Shown here: one piece after another, positions 16,220 to 28,061 of the stretch
How positions within the stretch are numbered: the stretch's first letter is position 1
Layout of the letters: the number at the start of each line of letters is the position of its first letter
Source: Campylobacterota bacterium
GTDB lineage: Bacteria; Campylobacterota; Campylobacteria; Campylobacterales; Arcobacteraceae
Reading direction: 5' to 3'
NCBI GenBank assembly: GCA_051746405.1
Contig: JBNJFB010000027.1
Location: forward strand, 1 to 28,330
Length of the DNA stretch: 28,330 bases
The notes under the pieces: generated by a model
What the model was told of the DNA's origin: nothing
Seen by the model: only the letters and a program-made list of their open reading frames with translations
The model's database searches: none
Translations under genes and position numbers: made by a program

Positions 16220-16603
16220 TTACATCTTGTCGCTGTTGATTTCTATTACTGTATGCACATTTCCTCTAGGTTTAAAATCAGCAACAACACTCATCCATTT
16301 TGGCTCTAATTTTTCATATAGTGTATCAAAAATCTCATTTGCAGAATTTTCATGGGAAACCTCTCTATACATAAATGTATTAATATATATTTTTAGTGCT
16401 TTTAGCTCTATAACTTTTTTATTTGGTGTATACTTTAATTTTATTGTAGCAAAATCTGGATATCCACTTCTTGGACACTTAGCCATAAATTCAGGTAATT
16501 CAATATCTATTATATAACTCTTTTTATGCTTATTTGGCCAGTAATGTTCCTCATTATTTATATCAAAATTTAAAATCTCTTTTTCACCATATTTCATTTC
16601 CAT
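16220..16603 (-). CDS. queF: preQ1 synthase (7-cyano-7-deazaguanine reductase)
   Basis: EF..KCPRSGYPDFA, ELKALKIY, HE and PRGN motifs. Confidence 0.95.
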   Translation of the reverse strand: MEMKYGEKEILNFDINNEEHYWPNKHKKSYIIDIELPEFMAKCPRSGYPDFATIKLKYTPNKKVIELKALKIYINTFMYREVSHENSANEIFDTLYEKLEPKWMSVVADFKPRGNVHTVIEINSDKM

Positions 16604-16686
16604 AACTATTATAACCTTTAGAATAATTAATTTTAAAAAATTTTATCAAAATCTTACTTACAAATGTTACGGACTAATACAACTAA

Positions 16687-16715
16687 TTGAAAAAATACTT
16701 TGATTTATGTATAAT
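16687..16715 (+). promoter_or_regulatory. sigma70 promoter of fqrB
   Basis: TTGAAA(16687-16692)-17 nt-TATAAT(16710-16715). Confidence 0.7.
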
Positions 16716-16746
16716 TCGCCACAAATTTAATAATAAGAGAGTATTT

Positions 16747-17757
16747 ATGACAGAAAAAAAATATGATATTGTAATTATTGGTGGTGGTCCTGGAGGAATA
16801 GGAACTGCTATTGAAGCATCAGCTCACAATATAGGAGAGATTTTACTTATTGAAAAAACTGATAATCACTCAAATACTATTAGAAAATTTTATAAAGATA
16901 ATAAAAGAGTTGATAAAGATTATAAAGGTCAAGTAACACAACTTCAAGGAAATGTTGACTTTTTTGATGGTACAAAAGAGACCACATTAGACTACTTTAA
17001 TAATTTACTTGATACTGAACAAATTGACTCTATGTTTAATACAGAAGTTGAAAAAATTGTAAGAAATGGTGATTATTTAGATATTCATACATCACAAGGT
17101 CTTATTCAAAGTAAAAATGCAGTAGTTGCTATTGGGAAAATGGGAAAACCAAATAAACCATCATACAAAATCCCACCATCTATAAAAGCTAATGTAAATT
17201 TTAACCTTGATAAATGTTCATCAAATGAGAAGATTTTAGTAGTTGGTGGTGGTAACTCTGCTGCTGAATATGCTTATGATTTAGCCGACCAAGATAATAA
17301 CGTGACATTAGTTTATAGAAAACCTGAGTTTTCAAGACTAAATGAGATTAATGAAAAGACTCTATATAGATATTATGGGGAAGAGAAGTTAAGACTTAGA
17401 ATGAATACAGATGTTGAGTCATTAGAGAATGAAGGTGGAAAAATCAAAGCAAACTTTAATGATGGCTTTAGTGTAATATATGATAGAGTGATTTATGCAA
17501 TTGGAGGGACAACCCCTGTTGATTTCTTAAAATCATGTGGAATAGATGTGGATGAAAAGAAAAATCCAATTTTTGATCATCACCAAGAAACAACTGCAAA
17601 ATGTGTTTATGTAGCAGGTGATATTGCTGTTAATTCAGGTGGTTCTATTGCTATTGCATTAAATCATGGATATCATATTGTAAATAATATTTTAAGAAAA
17701 AGAGGTGAAATTTTTGCTTATACTGAAAAAGTAGCAAATGTACTAAGTAAAATCTAA
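16747..17757 (+). CDS. fqrB: Flavodoxin reductase FqrB (TrxB-like FAD/NADPH oxidoreductase lacking CxxC)
   Basis: GGGPGG, FYKDNKRVDK, DGTKE, GKMGKPNKP, GGGNSAAEYA and AGD motifs match Campylobacterota FqrB as recalled. Start moved to ATG 16747. Confidence 0.82.
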   Translation: MTEKKYDIVIIGGGPGGIGTAIEASAHNIGEILLIEKTDNHSNTIRKFYKDNKRVDKDYKGQVTQLQGNVDFFDGTKETTLDYFNNLLDTEQIDSMFNTEVEKIVRNGDYLDIHTSQGLIQSKNAVVAIGKMGKPNKPSYKIPPSIKANVNFNLDKCSSNEKILVVGGGNSAAEYAYDLADQDNNVTLVYRKPEFSRLNEINEKTLYRYYGEEKLRLRMNTDVESLENEGGKIKANFNDGFSVIYDRVIYAIGGTTPVDFLKSCGIDVDEKKNPIFDHHQETTAKCVYVAGDIAVNSGGSIAIALNHGYHIVNNILRKRGEIFAYTEKVANVLSKI

Positions 17758-17765
17758 TATATAAC

Positions 17766-17789
17766 TCTAAAGGCTATTAAGCCTTTAGA
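17766..17789. terminator. Hairpin between convergent fqrB and gyrB
   Basis: TCTAAAGGCT-ATTA-AGCCTTTAGA. Confidence 0.75.
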
Positions 17790-17793
17790 ATCT

Positions 17794-20112
<2,319 letters not shown>

Positions 20113-20131
20113 CTATTTTAATCCTTAAAAT

Positions 20132-21202
20132 TTATTTTTCTAATACAATTGGCATTACTATTGTAGAAAATTTTTCATCTTCTAAATAGAATGGTAGGTT
20201 TGATTCATTAAAACCAACTTTTATATTTTCGTTATTTGTCATACTTAAAAAATCTAATAGATATTTAGCATTAACTGCTAAATGAAAATCTTCATTTAAA
20301 TCTAAATCTATATCAATTTGTGTTTGTGATTCACTATCTTCATCTAATGATTCAAGTATTATTGCATTTGCTGTAAATGTTATCTTAATATTTGAAAAAA
20401 GTGAAGTTACAAGTTTTATAGATTCAATTAGACTACTTTTTGGTAAAGTTAGAGTATGTTTTAGATTTTTAGGAATAATTCTTTCGTAATCTGGAAATTT
20501 ACCATTTATTAACTTAGTAAAAAATTTCATTCTATCATTTGATACTACTAAGTTTGTGTCATCAAAAAGCATTGTTGCATCATCTACAAAAAGTTTTTGT
20601 ATCTCTACTATTGCTTTTTTAGGAATGATAAATTGAGACTCTTTATTTGATATATTTTCTAAATAAGCAACTGCTAATCTTCTAGTATCAGTAGCTACAA
20701 AATTTATATTATTACTTTTTATGTCTATTAAAGCACCATTTAATTCAAACTTAGGATTAGTAGTATCAACTGCTGGAGTAATTTTTCTAATTGAGTTTAT
20801 AAAACTAAAGGTGGAAATATCTATTTTATTTAAATTATCATCTTTTATTAATTCAGGATATTCATTAGGGTCATACATTGGTAATTTAAAGATTGATTTA
20901 TTCTGTTTTATTACAAGATTATTATCAATAGTTTCAAATGTTATCTCTGAATTTTTTAGTCTTTTGATAATTCCTAATAAGTTAGAACCATTAACAGTTG
21001 CTTTTCCATCTTCACTTTCATTTAGATCATCGATTTGAGATTGTAGTCCTATCTCATAATCAGTAGCTTTTAATATTAACATACTATTTTGAACTTCTAA
21101 ATATATATGTGAAGTTATAGCACTAGCATCTTTTTTTTCTAAAAAAGGTTGCATTGAAGCTATTACATTATCTATAATATTCTTTGTAATTATAAACCTC
21201 AT
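20132..21202 (-). CDS. dnaN: DNA polymerase III beta clamp
   Basis: ATDYEI, VATDTRRLA, GKFPDY and IVMPI motifs; position between dnaA and gyrB. Confidence 0.96.
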   Translation of the reverse strand: MRFIITKNIIDNVIASMQPFLEKKDASAITSHIYLEVQNSMLILKATDYEIGLQSQIDDLNESEDGKATVNGSNLLGIIKRLKNSEITFETIDNNLVIKQNKSIFKLPMYDPNEYPELIKDDNLNKIDISTFSFINSIRKITPAVDTTNPKFELNGALIDIKSNNINFVATDTRRLAVAYLENISNKESQFIIPKKAIVEIQKLFVDDATMLFDDTNLVVSNDRMKFFTKLINGKFPDYERIIPKNLKHTLTLPKSSLIESIKLVTSLFSNIKITFTANAIILESLDEDSESQTQIDIDLDLNEDFHLAVNAKYLLDFLSMTNNENIKVGFNESNLPFYLEDEKFSTIVMPIVLEK

Positions 21203-21370
21203 TTTATCTCCTATATTTTATATTATTGCAGTAGCAGTAGTAGAGCATGTGAAAAGATGAAAATACCTAACAAAGACCTATATTTTAGGAAGGCTTTCAA
21301 GTGATGTAACGAAATGAAATATTCACACCTTTTCACATAAACTGAAATAACTTTTATTTCTATACTACTT
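21203..21370. other. oriC2 (dnaA-dnaN): unwinding element, DnaA-trios and DnaA boxes
   Basis: AT-rich TATATTATT, then trios CAG TAG CAG TAG TAG (21229-21243). Boxes TGTGAAAAG (21248-21256), ATATTCACA (21319-21327) and CTTTTCACA (21329-21337). Confidence 0.85.
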
Positions 21371-22687
21371 TTACCACTCCTTATTTATGATTTTATTTTT
21401 TAAATTCTCTATAATTAATTTAAAGTTTTCATCTTTTTCTATTAACTCATTTGCTTTTTTAATATTATGAGAAATAGAACTGTGATCTTTCATACCTAAA
21501 AACTTAGCAATATCAGGCATAGAGTTATGTGTAAGCTCCCTTGCAAGGTAGATTACAACTCTTCTTGCATTTGCTACTGTTGCAGTTCTTTTTTTGGATT
21601 TAATATCACTTGGCTTAATATTTAACTCCCTTGCAACTATATCTATTACATCAGGGAGTTTTATATTCTCTTTTGTCTCTTTTATTTGCTCTTTTAAGAG
21701 ATTTTGAACCATTTCAAGGCTAATTTCTTGATTTAGTAAAGATGCACTTGCATTTATTCTAATCAAAACACCTTCAATTTCTCTAATTGAGTTATCTAAG
21801 TTTGTAGCTATAAAGTTTACTATTTCTCTGTTTAATTCAATACCATTTAACTCAGATTTTTTTTCAATAATTGCTATTTTTGTCTCTAAGCCAGGGGCTT
21901 GAATATCAGCTGTTAATCCCCACTCAAATCTAGATTTTAATCTATCTACAAGTCCTGCTATTTGTGATGGTAACCTATCAGATGTCATAACTATTTGTTT
22001 TTTTGAGTTATGCAGTTCATTAAATGTATGGAAAAACTCCTCTTGAGTCTGTTCTTTCCCACTTAAAAATTGAATATCATCAATTAGCAAAACATCACAC
22101 TTTCTATATTTACTTCTAAAGTGTTCCATATTTTTATTTTTAATAGAAAAAGTAAAGTCGTTCATAAACTGTTCAATTGTTACATATATTACAGTTCTTC
22201 CTTTCTCTATTGCATAGTTACCAACTGCTTGTAGAAGGTGTGTTTTACCAAGGCCTGTTCCCCCATAAATAAACAAAGGATTATATTGAGTTCCTGGTTT
22301 ATTGGTAACAGCAAGTGATGCGTTATAAGCCATTTGATTTGATGGACCCACAACAAAAGAATCAAAGGTATATGATGGATTTAAAATAGTGCTTTCAGCT
22401 GTTTCATTCTTTATTTGTTCTTTTATAATCTCTTTTTTTGATTTTTTTTCACCGGCAACTTTTATTTCAACTTTGGGTTTTGTACCATCGTACTGTTCAA
22501 AGCAGTTTTGAATTAAACCTGTAAATTTACTTTTTATCCAAGAGGCTATATATTTATTTGAAACCTCAAATAAAGCTAACTTATCATCAGATGAAATTTT
22601 TTTATAAACTAACTGTTTTAGATATCTATCAAAATCTGTAGCAGTTGCTTCTTTTTGAATAATTGCTAGAAATTCTTTATTTGTCAT
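21371..22687 (-). CDS. dnaA: Chromosomal replication initiator DnaA
   Basis: YTFDSFV, YNPLFIYGGTGLGKTHLL, LLIDDIQF, RLKSRF and KDHSSI motifs. Confidence 0.98.
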   Translation of the reverse strand: MTNKEFLAIIQKEATATDFDRYLKQLVYKKISSDDKLALFEVSNKYIASWIKSKFTGLIQNCFEQYDGTKPKVEIKVAGEKKSKKEIIKEQIKNETAESTILNPSYTFDSFVVGPSNQMAYNASLAVTNKPGTQYNPLFIYGGTGLGKTHLLQAVGNYAIEKGRTVIYVTIEQFMNDFTFSIKNKNMEHFRSKYRKCDVLLIDDIQFLSGKEQTQEEFFHTFNELHNSKKQIVMTSDRLPSQIAGLVDRLKSRFEWGLTADIQAPGLETKIAIIEKKSELNGIELNREIVNFIATNLDNSIREIEGVLIRINASASLLNQEISLEMVQNLLKEQIKETKENIKLPDVIDIVARELNIKPSDIKSKKRTATVANARRVVIYLARELTHNSMPDIAKFLGMKDHSSISHNIKKANELIEKDENFKLIIENLKNKIINKEW

Positions 22688-22746
22688 ATACTCTCTTACT
22701 CTTTTTTTTATAAATAGTTACTATTATAACGAATTTTTAATAAAAA

Positions 22747-22899
22747 TTATTCACATGTGAAAATAAAATTTTATAAAGTTTAAAAATTTGTTGAATAAGT
22801 GTTGTTCACATGGTGAATAACTAGTGAATAACCAATGTTCTTTAAGTGAATATTTATGTAAAAAATACCATCATTAGGGCGTTTGAAATATGTGAATAA
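22747..22899. other. oriC1 (ruvC-dnaA): DnaA box cluster
   Basis: TTATTCAC-type boxes at 22747, 22756, 22790, 22802, 22812, 22823, 22845 and 22891. Confidence 0.85.
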
Positions 22900-22926
22900 A
22901 AATAATTGAAAAAAAGAGCATTTAAC

Positions 22927-23391
22927 GTGAAAATATTAGGAATTGATCCAGGTACGAGAAACTGTGGGTATGCAATTATTGAAAAAAAAGGCAGAAATTT
23001 AAAATTAATTGAAGCAGGGTTAGTAAAAATAAAAACAAAAGTTTTACAAGAACAAATAGTAGAAATGACCGAGGGATTTGATTTGATTTTTCAAAGACAT
23101 GAAATAAAAGAGGTCTCAATTGAAGATATGTTTTATGCATTTAATCCAAAAACAGTTATAAAACTTGCACAATTTAGAGGTGCTATATCTTTAAAAGTCT
23201 TGCAAGTATTTGGAAATTTTGCAGAGTACACTCCCTTACAAGTAAAACAGGCAGTTACAGGAAATGGAAAAGCTGATAAAAACCAAGTTGCTTTTATGGT
23301 TAAAAGATTATTAGGAATAAAAAAAGAGATAAAACCTCTTGATATTACAGATGCAATAGCAATAGCATTAACCCATGCACAAAGACTATAA
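22927..23391 (+). CDS. ruvC: Holliday junction resolvase RuvC
   Basis: [25 protein letters not shown] and DITDAIAIA motifs. Start is probably GTG 22927. Confidence 0.95.
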   Translation: MKILGIDPGTRNCGYAIIEKKGRNLKLIEAGLVKIKTKVLQEQIVEMTEGFDLIFQRHEIKEVSIEDMFYAFNPKTVIKLAQFRGAISLKVLQVFGNFAEYTPLQVKQAVTGNGKADKNQVAFMVKRLLGIKKEIKPLDITDAIAIALTHAQRL

Positions 23392-23440
23392 TATAGCTAA
23401 TTTAGTTTTTGTTATAATATTTTAAAAATTAGGACTTTAG

Positions 23441-24019
23441 ATGAAAAGAATAGGTATTTTAGCTTCTTATAATGGAAGTGGTTTTTTAAAACTTCAAGAA
23501 GCTATTGAAGATAAAATTTTAGATGCACAAATAGTAGTAGTAATTACAAATAATAGTAATGCAAACGTTCTTAAGAGTGCTTCAAAGCTTAACATACCAA
23601 ATTTTGTTATAAACTCAAAGAAATATCCAAATGAAAATATAGATGAAAAAATAGCACTTTTATTTAAAGAGTTTAAATGCGATTATATATTTTTATCAGG
23701 TTATATGAAGATGATAAATAGTGAGTTAATAAATAGCTTTGAAAAAAAAATAGTAAATACTCACCCAGCACTTTTGCCCTCAAAATATGGCGGAAAAGGG
23801 ATGTATGGAAGATATGTTCATGAAGCTATTATAAATGATAATCAACAAAAATCAGGTGTAACTATTCATTTTGTAAATGAAAAATATGATGATGGTGAAA
23901 TAGTTTTAACAAAAGAGTTAATTTTAAACAAAGATGAGACAGTTGATTCTTTAGAAAATAGAATAAAAGCTTTAGAAAGTAAAGCAATAGTTGAAGCTTT
24001 TAAAAGGTTGTTAGATTAG
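23441..24019 (+). CDS. purN: Phosphoribosylglycinamide formyltransferase
   Basis: ILASYNGS, LSGYM, NTHPALLP, SGVTIHFV...YDDG motifs. Confidence 0.9.
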   Translation: MKRIGILASYNGSGFLKLQEAIEDKILDAQIVVVITNNSNANVLKSASKLNIPNFVINSKKYPNENIDEKIALLFKEFKCDYIFLSGYMKMINSELINSFEKKIVNTHPALLPSKYGGKGMYGRYVHEAIINDNQQKSGVTIHFVNEKYDDGEIVLTKELILNKDETVDSLENRIKALESKAIVEAFKRLLD

Positions 24020-24704
24020 CTATAAGTTTCTGTTTTTTATCTAAAGTATCACTATTTTTTTGAAAAAGTACTCCAGCTACTTTATAGTAGTCTTTATGAA
24101 AAAAAGCACTATTTTTAGTAGCTAGTTTATTTATATAATCTTTGACTTTAGGCTCATTTGAGTAAACACCATAAGGCATATTTGTAACTAAAAACTCTTT
24201 TACGATATAACCTAAGGAAGTAGCATACTCTATTAGTTCAATTGGATTTGAATATGATGCTACTATTATCATAATATTTGGTATTTTATAGCTAATAATA
24301 TCTTTACTGATTTTACACCCTTTTTCTCCACCCCATAAATGTGGTAGTAAAATAGCGTTTGAACTATATGGAATATATGGTGGATTTGCTATTAATAGCT
24401 TAGCTTTTGGAAGTTTAGCTTCAAAAAAAGATTGGTTTTTTACATGATATATTTTTTCAAGATTTACATTTTTTATATTTTTTTGTAGTATTTCATAAGC
24501 TTTAGAGTTGTACTCAAAACCGTATATTGTACCAGTAAAATTGCAACTACAAACTGCATTTAAAACAGGTACTCCATCCCCTGAACCAAACTCAACAATA
24601 GTTTGAAAATCCTTTTTATTTTTAAAAATGAGTTGTTTTAGACACTTTTCATAAAAAAAAGTCTCATCACTACAATTAAATAACTCTCTGTATTTATTCT
24701 TCAT
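24000..24704 (-). CDS. Class I SAM-dependent methyltransferase with NPPY motif (HemK/PrmC-like fold, substrate unknown)
   Basis: VEFGSGDG motif I, GFE motif II, ANPPY and GGEKG. Confidence 0.85.
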   Translation of the reverse strand: MKNKYRELFNCSDETFFYEKCLKQLIFKNKKDFQTIVEFGSGDGVPVLNAVCSCNFTGTIYGFEYNSKAYEILQKNIKNVNLEKIYHVKNQSFFEAKLPKAKLLIANPPYIPYSSNAILLPHLWGGEKGCKISKDIISYKIPNIMIIVASYSNPIELIEYATSLGYIVKEFLVTNMPYGVYSNEPKVKDYINKLATKNSAFFHKDYYKVAGVLFQKNSDTLDKKQKLIANLTTF

Positions 24705-26007
24705 CTTTTTTTTCTGCTATAAAAGTTGTAGTCAGTATATTTCCACCAACATTAATAGTAGTAATTACAGGGTCAGTTATAGGGTTTGTTAAAAGCAACA
24801 CTGTAATAGCTGTTTCAACAGGTAAGCCTAAAGGAGTTAAAACAATAGCAATAGATGCACTAGCAATCTCTCCTGGAGCACCCGCTGTTGCCGCACCTGC
24901 TAAAATCGAGCTAAATATAATAAATGCTATTTGTGTAAGCGTTAGTTCTAAACCATAAACTTGAGCTAAATATATACCCATAATAGAAAAAATAAGTATA
25001 GTTCCAAATCTAGCAAGTGTAATTCCAATAGGAATAATCAAGTCCACTTTTTCTTCATCATACTTCATCTCTTTTGTTAATGAACTAAGAGCTGATGGAA
25101 TAGTAGCTAAAGAGTTTGTAGTAGCAAATGCAATAAATAAAGGCTCCCTTAAAGCTTTTAGAGTTTGCATAGTTGTTAAGTGTGGAGTTTTTAAGTTTAT
25201 GATAATAAAACCTATAATAATAGCAACTAAAGAAGTACCCATAATAACTATTAAAAGACCTGCAACTGCAAATAAGAAATCACTTCCAATAGTACTTATA
25301 TTTTTTGCAAGAAGTGCACAAAGAGCAAAAGGTAAAAGATGCATTAATCCAACTACAACCTTTGTAAATGCTTCAAAAATAGAGTCAAAAAAATCCACTG
25401 CAGTTTGGGCTTTTTGAATTCCAATAAAACCAAGGGATAGTCCTAATATAATAGAAAATATTAATACTTGTATACTATTACCTTCAACTAAAGCTTGAAA
25501 GATATTTTCAGGGACTAATTGAATAAAAAAGTTTACCATACTCTCAGAGGTATCAATATTATTAGAACCATCTAAATAAATCTCTTCATAAGTGCTATTT
25601 TGAAGTATTTCATTTACATTGGAACTATATACCATAAGTTCACCAAGTCCCTCTTCAGTAGTTTTGTTTCTTATTTCACCAGGTGATACTAATAGTGTTA
25701 TAGTAACACCAATAGCAGCTACAATAAAAAAGCCAAAGCTAAATGTTAAAGTCATTTTTGAAAGATATTTTGATAAATCATGTGTGGATAAAAGTCTAAA
25801 AATACAAACAGTCACAGCAGATATCAAAATAGGAAAAACACATAACTGTAAAATAGTAAGATAAATCTCACCAATTGGTGAAATAAACATAGAGATATCT
25901 TTATTTGTAAGTCCTATTATTATACCAATTGTGACACCAATTAAAATAGCATAAGGAGTTCTTAAAAAAGAGAAAGTTTTTTTTCTTAAAAGAGTAGTTC
26001 TTTTCAT
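24694..26007 (-). CDS. Dicarboxylate/amino acid:cation symporter (DAACS/SLC1), divergent motifs
   Basis: VPENIF..L..GN.IQVLIFS, AFATTNSLATIP (HP1), TAGAPG (HP2) and D...T..N (TM8). Confidence 0.9.
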   Translation of the reverse strand: MKRTTLLRKKTFSFLRTPYAILIGVTIGIIIGLTNKDISMFISPIGEIYLTILQLCVFPILISAVTVCIFRLLSTHDLSKYLSKMTLTFSFGFFIVAAIGVTITLLVSPGEIRNKTTEEGLGELMVYSSNVNEILQNSTYEEIYLDGSNNIDTSESMVNFFIQLVPENIFQALVEGNSIQVLIFSIILGLSLGFIGIQKAQTAVDFFDSIFEAFTKVVVGLMHLLPFALCALLAKNISTIGSDFLFAVAGLLIVIMGTSLVAIIIGFIIINLKTPHLTTMQTLKALREPLFIAFATTNSLATIPSALSSLTKEMKYDEEKVDLIIPIGITLARFGTILIFSIMGIYLAQVYGLELTLTQIAFIIFSSILAGAATAGAPGEIASASIAIVLTPLGLPVETAITVLLLTNPITDPVITTINVGGNILTTTFIAEKKDEE

Positions 26008-26801
26008 GGTAACTCTTTTTTATATTTTTCTAGTAAAAGATTCGATGTTATTTTCTCTTTTCTTGTAAGATAAAGGTTAAGCCAATTAAGTAGTTGAATA
26101 CTATTTTGATTTACAGCCATTGCTATAGGGTCTTTTTTATCTTTTACAATAATAGTTTTTCCCTTTAAAGCTAGGTTTGGTTGTTGTTGAATAAGCTTTT
26201 TTATTTCTATTTCATCATAATAAGCACAATCAACATCACCATTGATTACAGCATCAATTACATCTTGCCACTGCACAAAAGTAATAACTTCTGCATTAGC
26301 AAAGGTATTTTTAACATAATTTTCATATGCAGTACCTCTTCTTGTGGCTATTTTAATTTCAGAGTTAACAAGCTTCTCTTGCCACTGTTTTTTATATTTG
26401 CTTTTTATTTTTGTTATGGACATACGGTTAAAAAACATACCTTGATTTAAAACTATATAAGGGGTGGTAAACATAGCTTTTTTTGCTCTTTGTAGTGTGG
26501 CACTAAGTTCAGATATAACCACATCAATCTGTTTATTAGCAACCATATCAACTAAGCTATTAAATGTTTTAGCTTCTCTATTAAAGATAACTTCTACTCC
26601 AAGTTTTTCTGCAATATCTAAAGCCATATCAATATCATGCCCAGATAGCTCTCCATGTTTGTTTTTCATAAAAAAAGGATAAATATCTTGATAGTACACA
26701 CCAACTTTTATATATCCACTTTCTATAATTTGTCTTAAGTCTCTGTGTTCTTTAGCAATAATATTTGTAAAAATAAGTGTTAAAATTAGAAGAAGTCTCA
26801 C
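26004..26801 (-). CDS. Family-3 (amino-acid type) periplasmic solute-binding protein
   Basis: Signal peptide; G.IKVG, PF, GHDIDMA..IAEKLGV, T.QR....FT.PY and RGT motifs. Confidence 0.9.
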   Translation of the reverse strand: MRLLLILTLIFTNIIAKEHRDLRQIIESGYIKVGVYYQDIYPFFMKNKHGELSGHDIDMALDIAEKLGVEVIFNREAKTFNSLVDMVANKQIDVVISELSATLQRAKKAMFTTPYIVLNQGMFFNRMSITKIKSKYKKQWQEKLVNSEIKIATRRGTAYENYVKNTFANAEVITFVQWQDVIDAVINGDVDCAYYDEIEIKKLIQQQPNLALKGKTIIVKDKKDPIAMAVNQNSIQLLNWLNLYLTRKEKITSNLLLEKYKKELP

Positions 26802-26833
26802 TTATAAAAACCTTAAATAAAATATATTTTATT

Positions 26834-26842
26834 ATTATATCA
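26834..26842 (-). promoter_or_regulatory. Extended -10 promoter of SBP-DAACS-MTase operon
   Basis: TGaTATAAT on the minus strand; AAGG RBS at 26811-26814. Confidence 0.65.
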
Positions 26843-26864
26843 ATTTAAGCTAAAAGTGAGGTTT

Positions 26865-26889
26865 AATTACTAGCAAGTTGCTAGTAATT
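26865..26889 (-). terminator. Terminator hairpin
   Basis: AATTACTAGCAA-G-TTGCTAGTAATT just after the stop of the 150-aa gene. Confidence 0.7.
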
Positions 26890-26892
26890 TTA

Positions 26893-27345
26893 TTATTTAA
26901 AAACTGCGTCTAACTCTTCTGCAGTTTTAATAAACTCTTTATTTGAAACTTTTCCATCCTCTATAGAATAAACAGTGATTTGTTCCTCTTTTTTAGTAAA
27001 TGACTTTGATTGTTCTTCATTTACTAACAAAATTGAGAAAGGATAGTCTTGCATCTTTGGTAATGCAAAAAATTTAGTAATTAAACTTGGCATTCCAGAA
27101 ATATCAGCTACATAGTAAGAGTTATTCTTTTGTAAAAAACCTTTTTCTTGTTTTAGTAAATAGTCTCTAATTACTTCGCTTGCATCCCTATCACCTGCTA
27201 CAATAATGTTTTTTGCATCAGCTTTTATAGTTTGAGCTTTTTCAAATTGATCATTGATTTTAAAAGTAGGGATTGAATCACCAACTTCTAAAGCATTTGC
27301 AATAGTTGCTAAAAAAGCAAACATTAATATAAAAATTTTCTTCAT
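26893..27345 (-). CDS. Exported hypothetical protein, possibly redox-inactive thioredoxin/peroxiredoxin-like fold
   Basis: Signal peptide; LEVGDSIPTFKINDQFEK resembles AhpC/TSA N-termini; no Cys. Confidence 0.7.
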   Translation of the reverse strand: MKKIFILMFAFLATIANALEVGDSIPTFKINDQFEKAQTIKADAKNIIVAGDRDASEVIRDYLLKQEKGFLQKNNSYYVADISGMPSLITKFFALPKMQDYPFSILLVNEEQSKSFTKKEEQITVYSIEDGKVSNKEFIKTAEELDAVFK

Positions 27346-27409
27346 TTATTTTCTCCTAATAAAAATTGTTTGATATTCTATCCATAAAAAGTAAATGAAA
27401 TATTAAAAT

Positions 27410-28018
27410 CTAAGAGAGTTTTGGCAAATGCCAATTTTTATAAAAGGCAAGGAGTCTTAAAGTAAGACCAAAAATAAAAACGATAATTAAAGTTGGAATA
27501 CTTCTTAAATCTAATAAATCTAAAGTATATGTAATAAGTCCCACTATAATAGCAACTGTTGCATAAAACTCTGATACTAAAATAGATGGAACTCTATTTA
27601 ATAAAATATCTCTAATAGTACCACCACCTACAGCTGTAATAAAAGCAAGTATTAAAACGCCCAAAAAATTAAAATCATTTTCAATAGCAACTAAAGAACC
27701 TGTAATAGCAAAGGATACAAGACCAATAGCATCTGATACTATAAAAGCAGTTTTACCCTCTAAGTCGTCGATTTTATGAAGTTTGAAAAGAAGTGATGTA
27801 AAAACTGTAGCAATTACTAAAATTATAGGCAAAATATCTGTAAAAATAAAAGGGGTTTTATTAGCTAAAACATCCCTAGTCATTCCCCCACCAAGAGCAG
27901 TTAAAAAAGCACATATGAATACACCTAACATATCAAGTTTATGGTGAACAGCTATTAAAAATCCACTTAGTGCAAAGCTTAAGACACCTATAATATCAGC
28001 TAATTCAAGTGCAGTCAT
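27410..28018 (-). CDS. TRIC / UPF0126 (YadS-like) membrane protein
   Basis: Duplicated TALGGGMTRD / TAVGGGTIRD motifs. Confidence 0.9.
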   Translation of the reverse strand: MTALELADIIGVLSFALSGFLIAVHHKLDMLGVFICAFLTALGGGMTRDVLANKTPFIFTDILPIILVIATVFTSLLFKLHKIDDLEGKTAFIVSDAIGLVSFAITGSLVAIENDFNFLGVLILAFITAVGGGTIRDILLNRVPSILVSEFYATVAIIVGLITYTLDLLDLRSIPTLIIVFIFGLTLRLLAFYKNWHLPKLS

Positions 28019-28061
28019 TTTTACCCCATTTATAATTTTTTGCTATTATATTCAAAATCCA

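Noticed and set aside
16604..16700. preQ1 riboswitch upstream of queF
   Set aside because: No aptamer-like stem or motif visible.
16687..16746. TTG start extending FqrB by 20 aa
   Set aside because: The TTG is the promoter -35; the Rossmann motif and RBS fit ATG 16747.
22749..22762. TTCACATGTGAA palindrome as a parS site
   Set aside because: Spacing differs from GTTTCACGTGAAAC; it is explained by two back-to-back DnaA boxes.
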